A DNA stretch of 64,000 bases, taken from an uncultured bacterium (GTDB lineage Bacteria; Actinomycetota; Acidimicrobiia; Spongiisociales; ZC4RG35). The translations under genes and the position numbers were made by a program. The first letter of the stretch is position 1, and the number at the start of each line of letters is the position of its first letter. A model generated the notes under the pieces. It was given only the letters and a program-made list of their open reading frames with translations. It was not told the DNA's origin and ran no database searches. The stretch spans positions 384,502 to 448,501 of the forward strand of contig CAVVSY010000004.1 of the NCBI GenBank assembly GCA_963751005.1, given 5' to 3'. Shown here one piece after another: positions 1-9,728 of this stretch.

Positions 1-116
1 CTGCTCGTCACCTTCGTGGTCACCGGTCAGGAGAAGAAGCAGTTCGCCATCGACCTCTGGATGCCGCCGAAGACGACGCCGGCTGCCTGATACTCAGGCG
101 GCGTACCGCCTGATGC

Positions 117-1235
117 TCAGGCGGCGCCGTCCTCGAGGTCGGCGATGAGCCGGGCGATGCGCCCGGTGCAGGTCTCCATGTCCGCCGGCGGCACCAGTGC
201 CATGACTCTCTCCACGGTCTGGGCGAGGACGGTGGCTGCCGGGCCGGAACCTGGGTCGAGCACCACCGGCATCCCGGTGTCGCCGCCGGCGACGACGGCG
301 GGGTCGAGGGGGATGGACGCGATCAGCGGGACCCCGAGCTCATCGGCCAGCTCGGAGCCTCCCCCCGTGCCGAACACGTCCCCGGACATGTTCTCGATAA
401 CCCCGACCACCGGCATGTGGGATCGTCGGGCCATGTCGGCGACCCGGATCGCCACTCTCTGCGCGGCCCGCTGTGGGGTGGTGACCACGATCATCTCGGC
501 CTGAGGCAGCATCCGGGTGAGAGCCATCTGAACGTCCCCCGTCCCCGGGGGCATGTCGAGCACCAGATAGTCGAGGTCGCCCCAATTGACCTGTTTGAGG
601 AACTGCTCCAAGGCCTTGGAGAGCATGAGACCGCGCCACATCAGGGCGGTCTCCTCGGACTCGATGATGAGGCCGGTCGACACCACCGCCACGCCGTGGG
701 CCCGAACCGGCTCGATGAGACGGCTGGTGGCATCGGCCTCGAGCTTCCCGGTGGCGCCGATCATGCGAGGAACCGAGAAGCCCCAGATGTCGGCGTCGAG
801 CAAACCGACCCGGAAGCCCTCCGCCGCCAACCCGGCGGCGATGTTCACCGAGATCGACGACTTCCCCACACCGCCCTTTCCCGAGGCGATGGCGATGACC
901 CGGGTGGTGGAGGCGACTTGTGTCGGTTCGGCGTTCTCCCGTGCCCTGCGACGCGCCACCGACATCAGCTCGGCACGCTGGCGCTTGGTCATGGCGGTGG
1001 TGCGCACGGTGACGACATCTACGCCGGGGATGGACCCGACACGGCGTCTGGTGTCGTTCTCCAGTTGTGAGCGCAACGGGCACTCGGCGATGGTGAGGGC
1101 CAGCCCGATGTCGACCGCCGAACCGTCGACGGCGACGTCGGTGATCATCCCCAATTCGACGACGTTGCCGCCGAGCTCGGGGTCACGTACGCCTTCGAGA
1201 GTCTTCATGACCTGGTCGGTGGTCACGGTTGCCAT
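117..1235 (-). CDS. apbC: Mrp/ApbC-family Fe-S cluster carrier ATPase (N-terminal DUF59 domain + MinD/ParA-type P-loop NTPase)
   Basis: Intact 372-aa ORF. Walker A GKGGVGKS and deviant Walker motifs typical of Mrp/NBP35. N-terminal MTKTLEGVRDPELGGNVVELGMI segment is DUF59-like. Confidence 0.9.
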   Translation of the reverse strand: MATVTTDQVMKTLEGVRDPELGGNVVELGMITDVAVDGSAVDIGLALTIAECPLRSQLENDTRRRVGSIPGVDVVTVRTTAMTKRQRAELMSVARRRARENAEPTQVASTTRVIAIASGKGGVGKSSISVNIAAGLAAEGFRVGLLDADIWGFSVPRMIGATGKLEADATSRLIEPVRAHGVAVVSTGLIIESEETALMWRGLMLSKALEQFLKQVNWGDLDYLVLDMPPGTGDVQMALTRMLPQAEMIVVTTPQRAAQRVAIRVADMARRSHMPVVGVIENMSGDVFGTGGGSELADELGVPLIASIPLDPAVVAGGDTGMPVVLDPGSGPAATVLAQTVERVMALVPPADMETCTGRIARLIADLEDGAA

Positions 1236-1323
1236 GGGATCAGGCTAATTTGCCCTGTGTGGATAGGGGAATGGCCAAGCCCCACCGTGACGTTAAAATG
1301 GAAGAGAGATCAGGTAGGAGCCC

Positions 1324-1686
1324 ATGACCCAGATTCTGTCCATCAAGTCATCGCAACCGCAGAAGACGGTGAACCTCACCGATTCGGCGGTCGTCAAGGT
1401 GCGCGAGCTCATCTCCGACGAGCAGGAGGCCGGTCTCGCTCTGCGTGTCGCAGTGCGGCCCGGGGGCTGCTCCGGATTCTCCTATGAGATGTTCTTCGAC
1501 GCAGAGGTCGACTCCACCGACATCGTGGAGGAGTTCGACGACGTGAGGGTCCTCGTCGACTCCCAGAGCGCCGAGATGATCCGTGGTGCGACCCTGGACT
1601 ACAAAGAGGGGCTCATGGGCGCCGGGTTCGCCATCGACAACCCCAACGTCACCCGCAGCTGTGGCTGCGGCAACTCGTTCAGCTGA
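1324..1686 (+). CDS. erpA: HesB/IscA/ErpA-family iron-sulfur cluster insertion protein
   Basis: Intact 120-aa ORF ending ...RSCGCGNSFS, the conserved C-terminal Cys motif. RBS GGTAGGAG lies upstream. It is divergent from apbC. Confidence 0.85.
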   Translation: MTQILSIKSSQPQKTVNLTDSAVVKVRELISDEQEAGLALRVAVRPGGCSGFSYEMFFDAEVDSTDIVEEFDDVRVLVDSQSAEMIRGATLDYKEGLMGAGFAIDNPNVTRSCGCGNSFS

Positions 1687-1723
1687 GGTGCCCTGAAGGG
1701 CGAATCCCTCGGCGGCTTGCAGT

Positions 1724-1751
1724 GAGAGACCCGGCCTCGGCCGGGTCTCTC
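1724..1751 (+). terminator. Hairpin immediately downstream of erpA (GAGAGACCCGG-cctcgg-CCGGGTCTCTC followed by TCGTTCT), a candidate intrinsic terminator
   Basis: Perfect 11-13-bp GC-rich inverted repeat read directly in the sequence, 38 nt after the erpA stop. Confidence 0.5.
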
Positions 1752-1795
1752 TCGTTCTGGGTACCCTCAAGTAACCCAAAGAGGAGACTCCTGAA

Positions 1796-2176
1796 GTGCC
1801 CCGGACCATTCCCGACACCCCATCGGCGCCGAAGTCGATGGCCCCATACTCACCGGCCGCCGAGGCCGGTGGCCTCGTCTTCCTCTCTGGCCAGGTTGGT
1901 CTCGTCCCTTCGACCGGCGAACGTGCGCCTGACGACGTCACCGCGCAGGCGCATCAGGTCATGTCCAACATCGGAGGCATCCTCGGCGATCTGGGGTTGG
2001 GCTATTCCGACATCGTGAGGGCCTCGATCTTCCTCGCCGACATCGGCGATTTCGCCGCAGTCAACGAGGTCTACGCCGGTTACCTCGAAGAGCCCTACCC
2101 GGCCCGCACCACGGTCCAGGCGGGAGCCCTGCCGGGGGGGTTCCTCGTCGAAATCGAGGTGGTGGCGGCACGATGA
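1796..2176 (+). CDS. ridA: RidA/YjgF/TdcF-family reactive enamine/imine deaminase
   Basis: 126 aa with the ...APYSPAAEAGGLVFLSGQ... signature. GTG start preceded by AGAGGAG. The stop overlaps the next gene's start (ATGA). Confidence 0.85.
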   Translation: MPRTIPDTPSAPKSMAPYSPAAEAGGLVFLSGQVGLVPSTGERAPDDVTAQAHQVMSNIGGILGDLGLGYSDIVRASIFLADIGDFAAVNEVYAGYLEEPYPARTTVQAGALPGGFLVEIEVVAAR

Positions 2177-3688
2177 ATCAGAGTGAAGTGCTGGCCACCC
2201 TCGGCCTCGGTGCCCACAACTCGGGTGTGTTCGCCGGGGAGTGGCTGGAGGCGACCGGTGAGGTGGTCGACGTCATCAATCCCACGACCGGAGCGCCCAT
2301 GGCCCGGGTCACCATGGCTTCGGCCGCCGACTACGAGAAGGTGGTGGCCTCGTCGGTCGAGACCTTCGAGCGGTGGCGCCGGGTGCCCGCCCCCAAGCGC
2401 GGCGACTACGTGCGACGTCTGGGCAATGCCTTGCGAGAGAACATCGACGTCCTCGGGAGCTTGGTCACGCTGGAGATGGGGAAGATCCACGCCGAGGGTG
2501 TCGGCGAGGTGCAGGAGATGGTCGACATCTGTGACTTCGCCGTCGGTCTCTCCCGCCAGCTCTACGGGGTGACCATGGCGTCGGAGCGTCCCGATCACCG
2601 CATGTACGAGCACTGGCACCCCCTGGGGCCGGTAGGGGTGATCTCGGCGTTCAACTTCCCCGTCGCGGTCTGGTCGTGGAACTCGACCATCGCTGCGGTG
2701 TGCGGCGACACCGTGGTCTGGAAACCTTCCGAGGCCACGCCATTGACCGCCATCGCAGTGACCCGGATCGCCCAGCAGGTCATGGCCGGGTCGGGGTTCG
2801 AGGGTCTGTTCAACCTGGCGGTGGGTGACGGGAAGACCGTCGGCAGCGCCATGAATCAGGACACCCGGATCCCCCTGATCTCCGCGACCGGCTCCTGTGC
2901 CATGGGCCGCATCGTCGGCCCGGCCGTCGCCGCACGCATGGGAAGGTCGATCCTCGAGCTCGGCGGTAACAACGCGGTGATCGTCATGGACGACGCCGAC
3001 CTCGACATGGCGGTGCGCGCCACTCTCTTCTCCGCGGTGGGCACCGCAGGGCAGCGGTGCACCACGCTTCGCCGGCTGCTGGTGCATCGCGCCATCGCCG
3101 ACAAGCTCGTCAGTCGTCTCACCGAGGCTTACGGCCAGGTGAGCATCGGTGATCCGCATGGAGCAGGGGACCCTGATGGGGCCGGTGGTGTCGGAGGCGG
3201 CGATCACAGCCATGATGAGCTCGATCGACATCGCCCGGGAACAGGGTGGGGAGGTGGTCACCGGTGGCAACCGGATCGATCGTCCCGGCTTCTTCGTCGA
3301 GCCCACGATCGTCCGCGTGCCCAAGGAGGCCAGCATCACCCAGGACGAGACATTCGCCCCGATCTTGTGGGTGATCGAGTTCGACACCCTCGACGAGGCG
3401 ATCGCGATCCAGAACGGGGTCACCCAGGGCCTGTCCTCGGCGATCTTCACCGAGTCGCTCAAGAACGCCGAGCGTTTCCTCAGCTCGACCGGCTCCGACT
3501 GTGGGATCGCCAACGTGAACATCGGCACGTCTGGGGCGGAGATCGGTGGCGCCTTCGGCGGCGAGAAGGAGACCGGTGGCGGCCGCGAGGCCGGCTCGGA
3601 TGCCTGGAAGGCCTATATGCGGCGGCAGACCACCACGATCAATTGGGGTGACGACCTCCCGCTGGCGCAGGGCATCGAGTTCGGTTGA
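2173..3688 (+). CDS. Aldehyde dehydrogenase of the ALDH7 type (alpha-aminoadipic semialdehyde / piperideine-6-carboxylate dehydrogenase-like); frameshift near 3150-3165 in this sequence
   Basis: The N-terminal 2173..3651 frame and the C-terminal 3149..3688 frame together give a full ALDH. Catalytic region motifs ELGGNNA and GQRCT, and the EGGEVVTGG...FFVEPTIV region, are present. The junction reads IGDP|[10 protein letters not shown]. Confidence 0.8.
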
Positions 3689-4285
3689 TGGACGCCTCCG
3701 CCTGGGACGAGCGGTACCGCGCCGCGCACGCGGCTCTGGTCTGCGGAGCCGAACATGTTCGTCGAGAACCGTCTCGCCGGGCACGATCCGGGTGTCGGTC
3801 TCGACCTCGCCTCCGGGGAAGGGCGCAACGCCATATGGCTGGCGTCGCTCGGGTGGGAGATGACAGCCGTCGATTTCTCCCCGGTGGCGGTGGAGCGTGG
3901 TGCGGAGCTCTCCGATCGGGTGCGCTTCGTCACCGCCGATGTCTTCGATTGGGATCCCGGTGAGGATGCGGGGAGCTTCGACCTGATCCTCATCGCGTAT
4001 CTACAGGTGGAGGCGGAGCCACTGTCCGACCTCGTGCGCAGGTCGATCACCTGGCTCGCCCCCGGTGGCGAGCTGTTCATGATCGGGCACGACCTATCCA
4101 ATCTCGATGAGGGTGTGGGCGGGCCCCAGGTGGCAGACATCCTCTGGGACCACGACCTGATCCTCGACTGGCTGGGACCACTTCACGTGATCGAGGGTGG
4201 CATCGTGTCCCGTCCCGTCGAGGTCGACGGCGACATCGCCTACGCCAGGGACACCCTGGTCAGGGCGCAGGCGCCGGGAGGCTGA
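3685..4285 (+). CDS. Class I SAM-dependent methyltransferase; frameshift near 3750
   Basis: N-terminus [19 protein letters not shown] in frame 1 continues as [42 protein letters not shown] (SAM-binding motif I-like) in frame 2. The start overlaps the ALDH stop. Confidence 0.7.
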
Positions 4286-4291
4286 TCCGGG

Positions 4292-5467
4292 TCACACCGC
4301 TTCGAGGGCGTCTTCGAGGGCGGCGATGAGGTCTTCGGCGTCCTCCAAACCGACGGAGAGACGGACCAGGCCATCCGTGATCCCCGCGGCGATGCGCTCG
4401 TCACGGGGAACCGCGGCGTGGGTCATCGTGACCGGATGGGTGATCAGGGACTCCACCGCCCCGAGATTCTCGGCGAGACTCCACAAACGGATCGAGTCCA
4501 TGAGACGTTTCCCCGCTTCGACACCTCCATGCACCTCGAAACAGACCATGGCGCCGTAGCCGGTGGCCTGCTTCCCGGAGAGCTCGTGCTGGGGGTGGTT
4601 GGCCAGACCCGGGTAGTTCACGTAGTCCACTTTCTCATGGGTTTCCAGGAACTCGGCCACGGCCATGGCATTGGCCGACTGGGCGTCCATGCGGGCGCTC
4701 AGCGTCTTCGTGCCCTGGAGGGTCAGCCAGGCCACCATCGGCGACATCACGAGACCCGCCGAGATGCGGGCGAAGGCGATCTTCTCCTGTAGTGCGGCGT
4801 CGTTGACCACGACGGCGCCGCCCAGGGTGGCGTTGTGCCCGTCGAGGAACTTGGTGGTCGAGTGGATGATGACGTCGGCGCCCAGTTCGAAGGGACGCTG
4901 GTAGTACGGGGTGAGGAAGGTGTTGTCGGTGACGTGAAGGACACCCCGCTGGCGGCAGATCGCCGACACGGCGGCCAGATCCGTCACCTTCAGCGTCGGG
5001 TTGGCCGGGGTCTCGGTGAAGACCAGCTTGGTCCGCTCGGTGATCGCTGTCTCCACCTGAGTGATGTCCGAGCTGTCCACGAAGCTGACGTCCACCCCGA
5101 ACTTGGTCAGGAACTGGTCGGCGAATCGGTAGGTGCCGCCGTAGACCACGTCGGCGATGACCACGTGGTCACCAGTCTCGAGCAGGGCGAGGAAGACGGC
5201 GACCGTCGCCGCCATCCCCGAACCGTATGCAGTGGTGTCGACGCCGCCCTCCAGGACGGTCAGCTTCTCCTCGAATGCTCGCACCGTGGGGTTGCCGGCG
5301 CGGGCGTAGGAGTAGCCCTTCCCCATGTAGGTGTCGACCGACTCCTGGACGAACGTCGTCGACTGGTAGATCGGGGTGAGGATGGCCCCGGTCACGGGGT
5401 CAGGCTCGACCCCGGCATGAACTTGCTTGGTGCGAAAACCCATGACCCGATTGTGGCACGGGGGCAA
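4292..5467 (-). CDS. PLP-dependent trans-sulfuration enzyme (cystathionine gamma-synthase / gamma-lyase / O-acetylhomoserine sulfhydrylase family)
   Basis: Intact ORF. Cys/Met-metabolism PLP fold with HSTTKFLDGH (PLP lysine) and YTRF/ANPT motifs. The likely start is the internal MGFRTKQVHAG, around 5443. Confidence 0.85.
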   Translation of the reverse strand: MPPCHNRVMGFRTKQVHAGVEPDPVTGAILTPIYQSTTFVQESVDTYMGKGYSYARAGNPTVRAFEEKLTVLEGGVDTTAYGSGMAATVAVFLALLETGDHVVIADVVYGGTYRFADQFLTKFGVDVSFVDSSDITQVETAITERTKLVFTETPANPTLKVTDLAAVSAICRQRGVLHVTDNTFLTPYYQRPFELGADVIIHSTTKFLDGHNATLGGAVVVNDAALQEKIAFARISAGLVMSPMVAWLTLQGTKTLSARMDAQSANAMAVAEFLETHEKVDYVNYPGLANHPQHELSGKQATGYGAMVCFEVHGGVEAGKRLMDSIRLWSLAENLGAVESLITHPVTMTHAAVPRDERIAAGITDGLVRLSVGLEDAEDLIAALEDALEAV

Positions 5468-5469
5468 TC

Positions 5470-5486
5470 GAAGCGTGTGCAGTTGA
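5470..5486. repeat. Partial, left-arm-only copy of the 45-bp palindromic repeat family (AAGCGTGTGCAGTTGA...)
   Basis: 16/16 identity to the left arm of the palindromes at 22381, 31065 and 46389, then diverges. Confidence 0.5.
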
Positions 5487-6635
5487 CCGACTCAGGCGGT
5501 CGAAATGCGCATGCACTCGACTGCCCGAACGTTGCAGATCACCGACTCGCCCGGCTGATCGGCACGTCAGATCGCGACGCCCGACGGACTCTCCCTGTGC
5601 GGAGGAGTTGATCGAGGCAGACTGCGGGTTCGGAGATGAGCATTTCCAGGTGAAGACGGACCACGATGAAACCGTGGGCGGCGCCTCTTGCATCCCGCAG
5701 TCGCATCACGTTCATGGTCGGCTTTGCGGGTGTGCCACCGGCGCCCGTCACGCTTCGACGATCAGGCTCGCCACGGCGGGGATGTAGGCATCGACGGTTC
5801 GCTGATCACTCGATCGAGACCGAATCGGCATCTGACGGGTCGTACCGGGCGGTATCGGGGTGGTCGAGAAGACGGTAGAGAAGCCGCTCCAGTTCCGAGT
5901 GGCCGGTGGTTGATAGGCGTCGCTCGGCTCTCGAGCCAGGATCGGCTTCGCAGCGCCTGTCAAGCCCGGGTTGACAGACTAAGACGAGTCGTCAGTAGGA
6001 TCGGTCGAAATCCGACGTCAGCACGATCGCCCGGGCGAGGACGGTCGTCCACGAACACGCTCGAGGTTCTGGGCTGTGAGGGCCGATCTGGCGAAGGTCA
6101 CGATGGTTTCGGCGGTCATGGTCGACCGCTGAACCCTGCCTTGGGACCACCTCGAGCGTCGTCGAAGTATCGGGACCGGATCACCCGGGCGAGCGGAGAT
6201 CGGGCGTTCCCGTCGGGACGGACTATCACCACCGGCCTGCCTGGTCGGGAATCCGGACGAAGTCGTGGATGTAGGGCCGCCGACCCGCCGGCGACGACGG
6301 ATCCTCGGACGGCTCATCAGGGCGAGGCTTGGATCTGTCTGCTCCCATTTGGGAGGGGCGATGGCAACGGCGTACACCGACGGAGCAAAGTTCCCGATCC
6401 AGAGGCCCTTTCGGAAGTACGTCTGGTCGCGATCATGGACCTTGTCAGACCGGCGAGATCCGGCGCACTGAGCTCGGGAGAATACGCCGTACTGATGGGA
6501 CATGCGAATTCGATCGAGGCCGTCGTCCGGATGCATGAGATCGAACCATGTACGGACTGCGTCGGGCAGTTACAACCCCGCCGTCGTGTGCTGTGAGCTC
6601 GACTATGCGACCGTCGAAATGCACAGTCGAAACCG
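5487..6635. other. About 1.15-kb segment with no convincing coding assignment (possibly decayed sequence or a long 5' leader)
   Basis: All six-frame ORFs here give Arg/Pro-rich low-complexity translations without recognisable domains. GC appears slightly lower locally. GTCGAAATGC(G/A)CA occurs near both ends (5499 and 6612). Confidence 0.3.
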
Positions 6636-7277
6636 CTACCCCCAGCGGTAGCCGACCGAGCGGACCGTCGTGATCCAGGAGGCGCGTTCTTCGCCGAGTT
6701 TGGAGCGGAGGCGGCGGACGTGGACGTCGACGGTGCGGGCACCTCCGTAGTACTCGTAGCCCCAGACCTTGGAGAGGAGCTGCTCCCGGGACCAAACCCG
6801 GACCGGGTTCTCCACGAGGAACGCAACAAGCTCGTACTCCATGAAGGTGAGGTCGATGGGGATCCCGGCCAGGGTCGCCTGGTAATTGAGTGGGTTGAGC
6901 TCGAGATCCTTGAAGGTGAGGATCTCGTCGGCCTGGCTCATCCCGGGCCAGCCGTCGGATCCGTATGCGGAACTCGACCGGGTCGATCGGGGCGACGACG
7001 AAGTCGGCGGTCACCCCACTGGTCTCGACCAGGGCCAGATGTTCGGTGTCGGCGACGATCACCACCGGGAACCCCAGCGTCTCGTCGATGCGGGTCACCT
7101 CACGCAGCTGGCGCAATGCCCCGATGCCCAGCTCGACGACCAGCACGTCGGCATCCCGGATGGTGAGTTGCTCTCCACCGCCAGGTCCTTCAACCGGGTG
7201 CACGGAGACTCCAGCCAGGGAGAGAGCGTCGTCGAGGTCCTCCGTGAAGTTCTCCGGGTAGACCGCGGCGTTCACAG
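6636..7277 (-). CDS. OmpR/PhoB-family response regulator with an atypical (degenerate) receiver domain; frameshift near 6940
   Basis: The C-terminal winged-helix ORF 6636..6941 reads LTFMEYELVAFLVENPVRVWSREQLLSKVWGYEYYGGARTVDVHVRRLRSKLG. The N-terminal receiver-like part reads ...DADVLVVELGIG...VIVADTEHL...FVVAPIDPVEF. Its GTG start overlaps the glnA2 stop (GTGA). Confidence 0.7.
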
Positions 7278-8606
7278 GATCGGGAGGTAGGTCTTCAGCT
7301 CGAATCGGGAGACATGATGCTGGTAGCGCTCCCACTCGGCTCGTCTTGTTGCGGAGGAACCAGTCGAAGACGTGCTCGCCGAGCGCCTCGGCGACCAGGT
7401 CTGACGTCCTCCATCAGGTCGAGCGCGGCAGCCATCGTGTCGGGCAGACTCTTCGCATCCGACTGCGGCCAGCTCCGCAGGTGTCATCTGATGGACGTCG
7501 GCGGAGATCTCGGGTGGCAGCTCGTATCCCTCGCTGGATGCCGGCGAGCCCGGCGGCGAGGATCACCGACAAGGCGAGGTAGGGATTGCAGGCGGCGTCG
7601 GCGGCCCGGTACTCGACCCGGACCGAAGATGGCTTGCCCTTCTTGACCGACGGCACCCGGACCAGCGCCGACTGGTTGTTGCGGGCCCACGACATATACA
7701 CCGGGGCGTCGAAGCCACCGACGAGACGTTTGTAGGAGTTGACCCACTGATTGGTGATGGCGGTCATCTCGGCGGCATGACGGAGCAGACCCGCAATGAA
7801 CGCTTCTGCCGACCTTGGAGAGCTGTCCCTGGGTGCCCGGCTCGTGGAAGGCGTTGGTGTCACCCTCGAAGAGGGAGAGGTGGAGGTGCATGCCCGGAAC
7901 CGTCGTGGGCTTCCAGTGGCTTGGGCATGAAGGTCGCGTAGATCCCGCGATTGCAGAGCCACCTCCTTGACGGTCAGATCGGGACGTCATGATGTTGTCC
8001 GCCATCGTCAGGGCATCGGTGTAGCGGGCGATGATCTCGTGCTGGCTCGGCGCCACCTCGTGGTGGGAGTGCTCGATCGGGATCCCGAGCTGCTCCAGAG
8101 CGTTGATGGTCTTGCGTCGGTACTCCTGGGCGACGTCGAGGGGGGTGAGGTCGAAGTACCCGCCATGGTCGAGGACTTTGGGCTTCGGGCCCGAGTCGGC
8201 GAAGTAGAAGAACTCGAGCTCGGGGGCGGCATAGAAGGTGTAGCCGAGCTCGGATGCCTTCTCCAGATTCCGTTTGAGGACCGCCCTCGGATCGCCGGGG
8301 AACGATTCCCCATCCGGGGTGTAGATGTCACAGAACATCCGCGCCACTTGCTGCTCGGTGCGCCAGGGGAGCACGGCGAAGGTCGTGGGGTCGGGCTTTG
8401 GCCAGCATGTCGGCTTCCTGGATGCGGGCGTAGCCGTCGATCGAAGAGCCGTCGAAGGTCATGCCCTCCTCGAAAGCCACCTCCAGCTCGGCGGGGCTGA
8501 TGGCCACCGATTTGAGGAAGCCGAGGACGTCGGTGAACCACAGCCGGATGAAGCGGATCCCCCGCTCCTCGACCGTGCGCATCACGTAGTCGGACTGTTT
8601 GCTCAT
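7272..8606 (-). CDS. glnA: Glutamine synthetase, GlnA2-like (GSI-beta-type); at least three frameshifts in this sequence
   Basis: Four frame pieces (8328..8762, 7484..8374, 7414..7962, 7272..7487) concatenate to a roughly 445-aa GS. Motifs include RFIRLWFTDVLGFLKSVAI, EHSHHEVAPSQHEI, NQWVNSYKRLV and the C-terminus ELKTYLPIL. Confidence 0.85.
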
Positions 8607-8676
8607 GGCACCACCGAAATCGAGCTGTTTCGACCCATATATGACCCGAGGATCACGGGGTTGGCAAATGCCGTCC

Positions 8677-8967
8677 TCAGGCGCTGCGGCGACGCTCGGC
8701 GAGCCACTTGCGACGAAGCGACTTGCGTTCGCGTTCGGTGGTCCCGCCCCAGATCCCGGCACGCTGGTTGGTCTCCAACGCGTACTCGAGACATGCGTCC
8801 ATCACGGGGCATACCGAGCAGATTGCCTTGGCCCGCTCCACGTTCGACGGCTCGGCGTCTTCCGACACCGGGAAGAACAGGGTGTTGGGGTATCCGGCGC
8901 ATGCGGCGCGGGCCCTCCAGTCCGCGACCAGCTCGGTGGCGAGTTCTGTCGGCCCGTAGGTCACCAT
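8677..8967 (-). CDS. whiB: WhiB-family (Wbl) Fe-S transcriptional regulator
   Basis: 96 aa with four Cys (C...CSVCPVMDAC) and the GIWGG turn. Actinobacteria-specific family. Confidence 0.85.
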   Translation of the reverse strand: MVTYGPTELATELVADWRARAACAGYPNTLFFPVSEDAEPSNVERAKAICSVCPVMDACLEYALETNQRAGIWGGTTERERKSLRRKWLAERRRSA

Positions 8968-9098
8968 GCCATATTCGCGCCCCGCCGTGCGGCTGGCAAA
9001 ACGAGGTCGGATGTGGCCTTCGCGTGGGGGTGATGGCCGACCGCGGCTTCCTGCGCCGGCGAAGGTGCTTTCCCTGGTGATCCGGATAGCCTTGACCG

Positions 9099-9705
9099 AT
9101 GCCCAAGATCCGCGCGGCCTCGATCGACGAGCACAAGGAGCTCACCCGGAGCTCGCTGCTCGCCGCGGCCTTTCGGCTGATCGACGAGGCGGGCACCGCC
9201 GAGGTCCCACTCGGCGAGATCGCGTTGAGTGCCGGGGTGGGCCGCACCACCTTCTACGACTACTTCGACGACCGCGATGACGTCATCGCCTCGTTGGTCG
9301 AGGACAAGCTCCCCGATGTGATCGCCGACCTGATCGCCCAGGTTCCCGAAGGGCCTCGACACTGCGACACGTCTCGCCCGCCTGGCCTCGTTGACCGTCG
9401 AGTTCGTCGCCACCGATCGGGTGTTCGGCGTGATCCTGCACCGGGAGGCGGGTCGAATGGGTACCGAGGCCCAGCTCCGCATCCGGCACTCCCATTCGCA
9501 GCTGGCGACCGAGCTGGCCTCGATCTACCTGCGGGGTGTGTCCGAGGGAGTGTTCCGGGCCATGCCCGGCTATCTCGCCGGCCGTCTGATCCAGGACACC
9601 ATCATGTCGGCGGCGCGGGCGTTGATCGAGGACGACACGAGACTCGGCGAGGTGACCGAGGGGGTCGAGGCGTTCCTGCTCGGCGGACTTGGCAATGTTC
9701 GTTAA
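9099..9705 (+). CDS. TetR/AcrR-family transcriptional regulator; frameshift near 9370
   Basis: N-terminal HTH (LLAAAFRLIDEAGTAEVPLGEIALSAGVGRTTFYDYF) in 9099..; the C-terminal ligand domain is in frame 9391..9705. Confidence 0.75.
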
Positions 9706-9728
9706 CCCAGCGGTAAACGAGGCCGACG

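Noticed and set aside
340-1083. Long ORFs (247, 217, 220 aa) overlapping apbC on both strands, and similar antisense ORFs throughout (e.g. 2095..3528, 19859..21001, 54261..55643).
   Set aside because: Arg/Pro/Gly-rich low-complexity translations typical of out-of-frame reading in 68% GC DNA. Each overlaps a confidently identified gene in another frame.
5468-5700. SAM-I/SAM-IV riboswitch in the leader of the cystathionine gamma-synthase-like gene.
   Set aside because: The reverse-complement leader has AGGGAGAG and GCAAC fragments but no recognisable UCAAGAG...GAGGGA...GGCCC...GCAACC core arrangement. It cannot be supported by eye.
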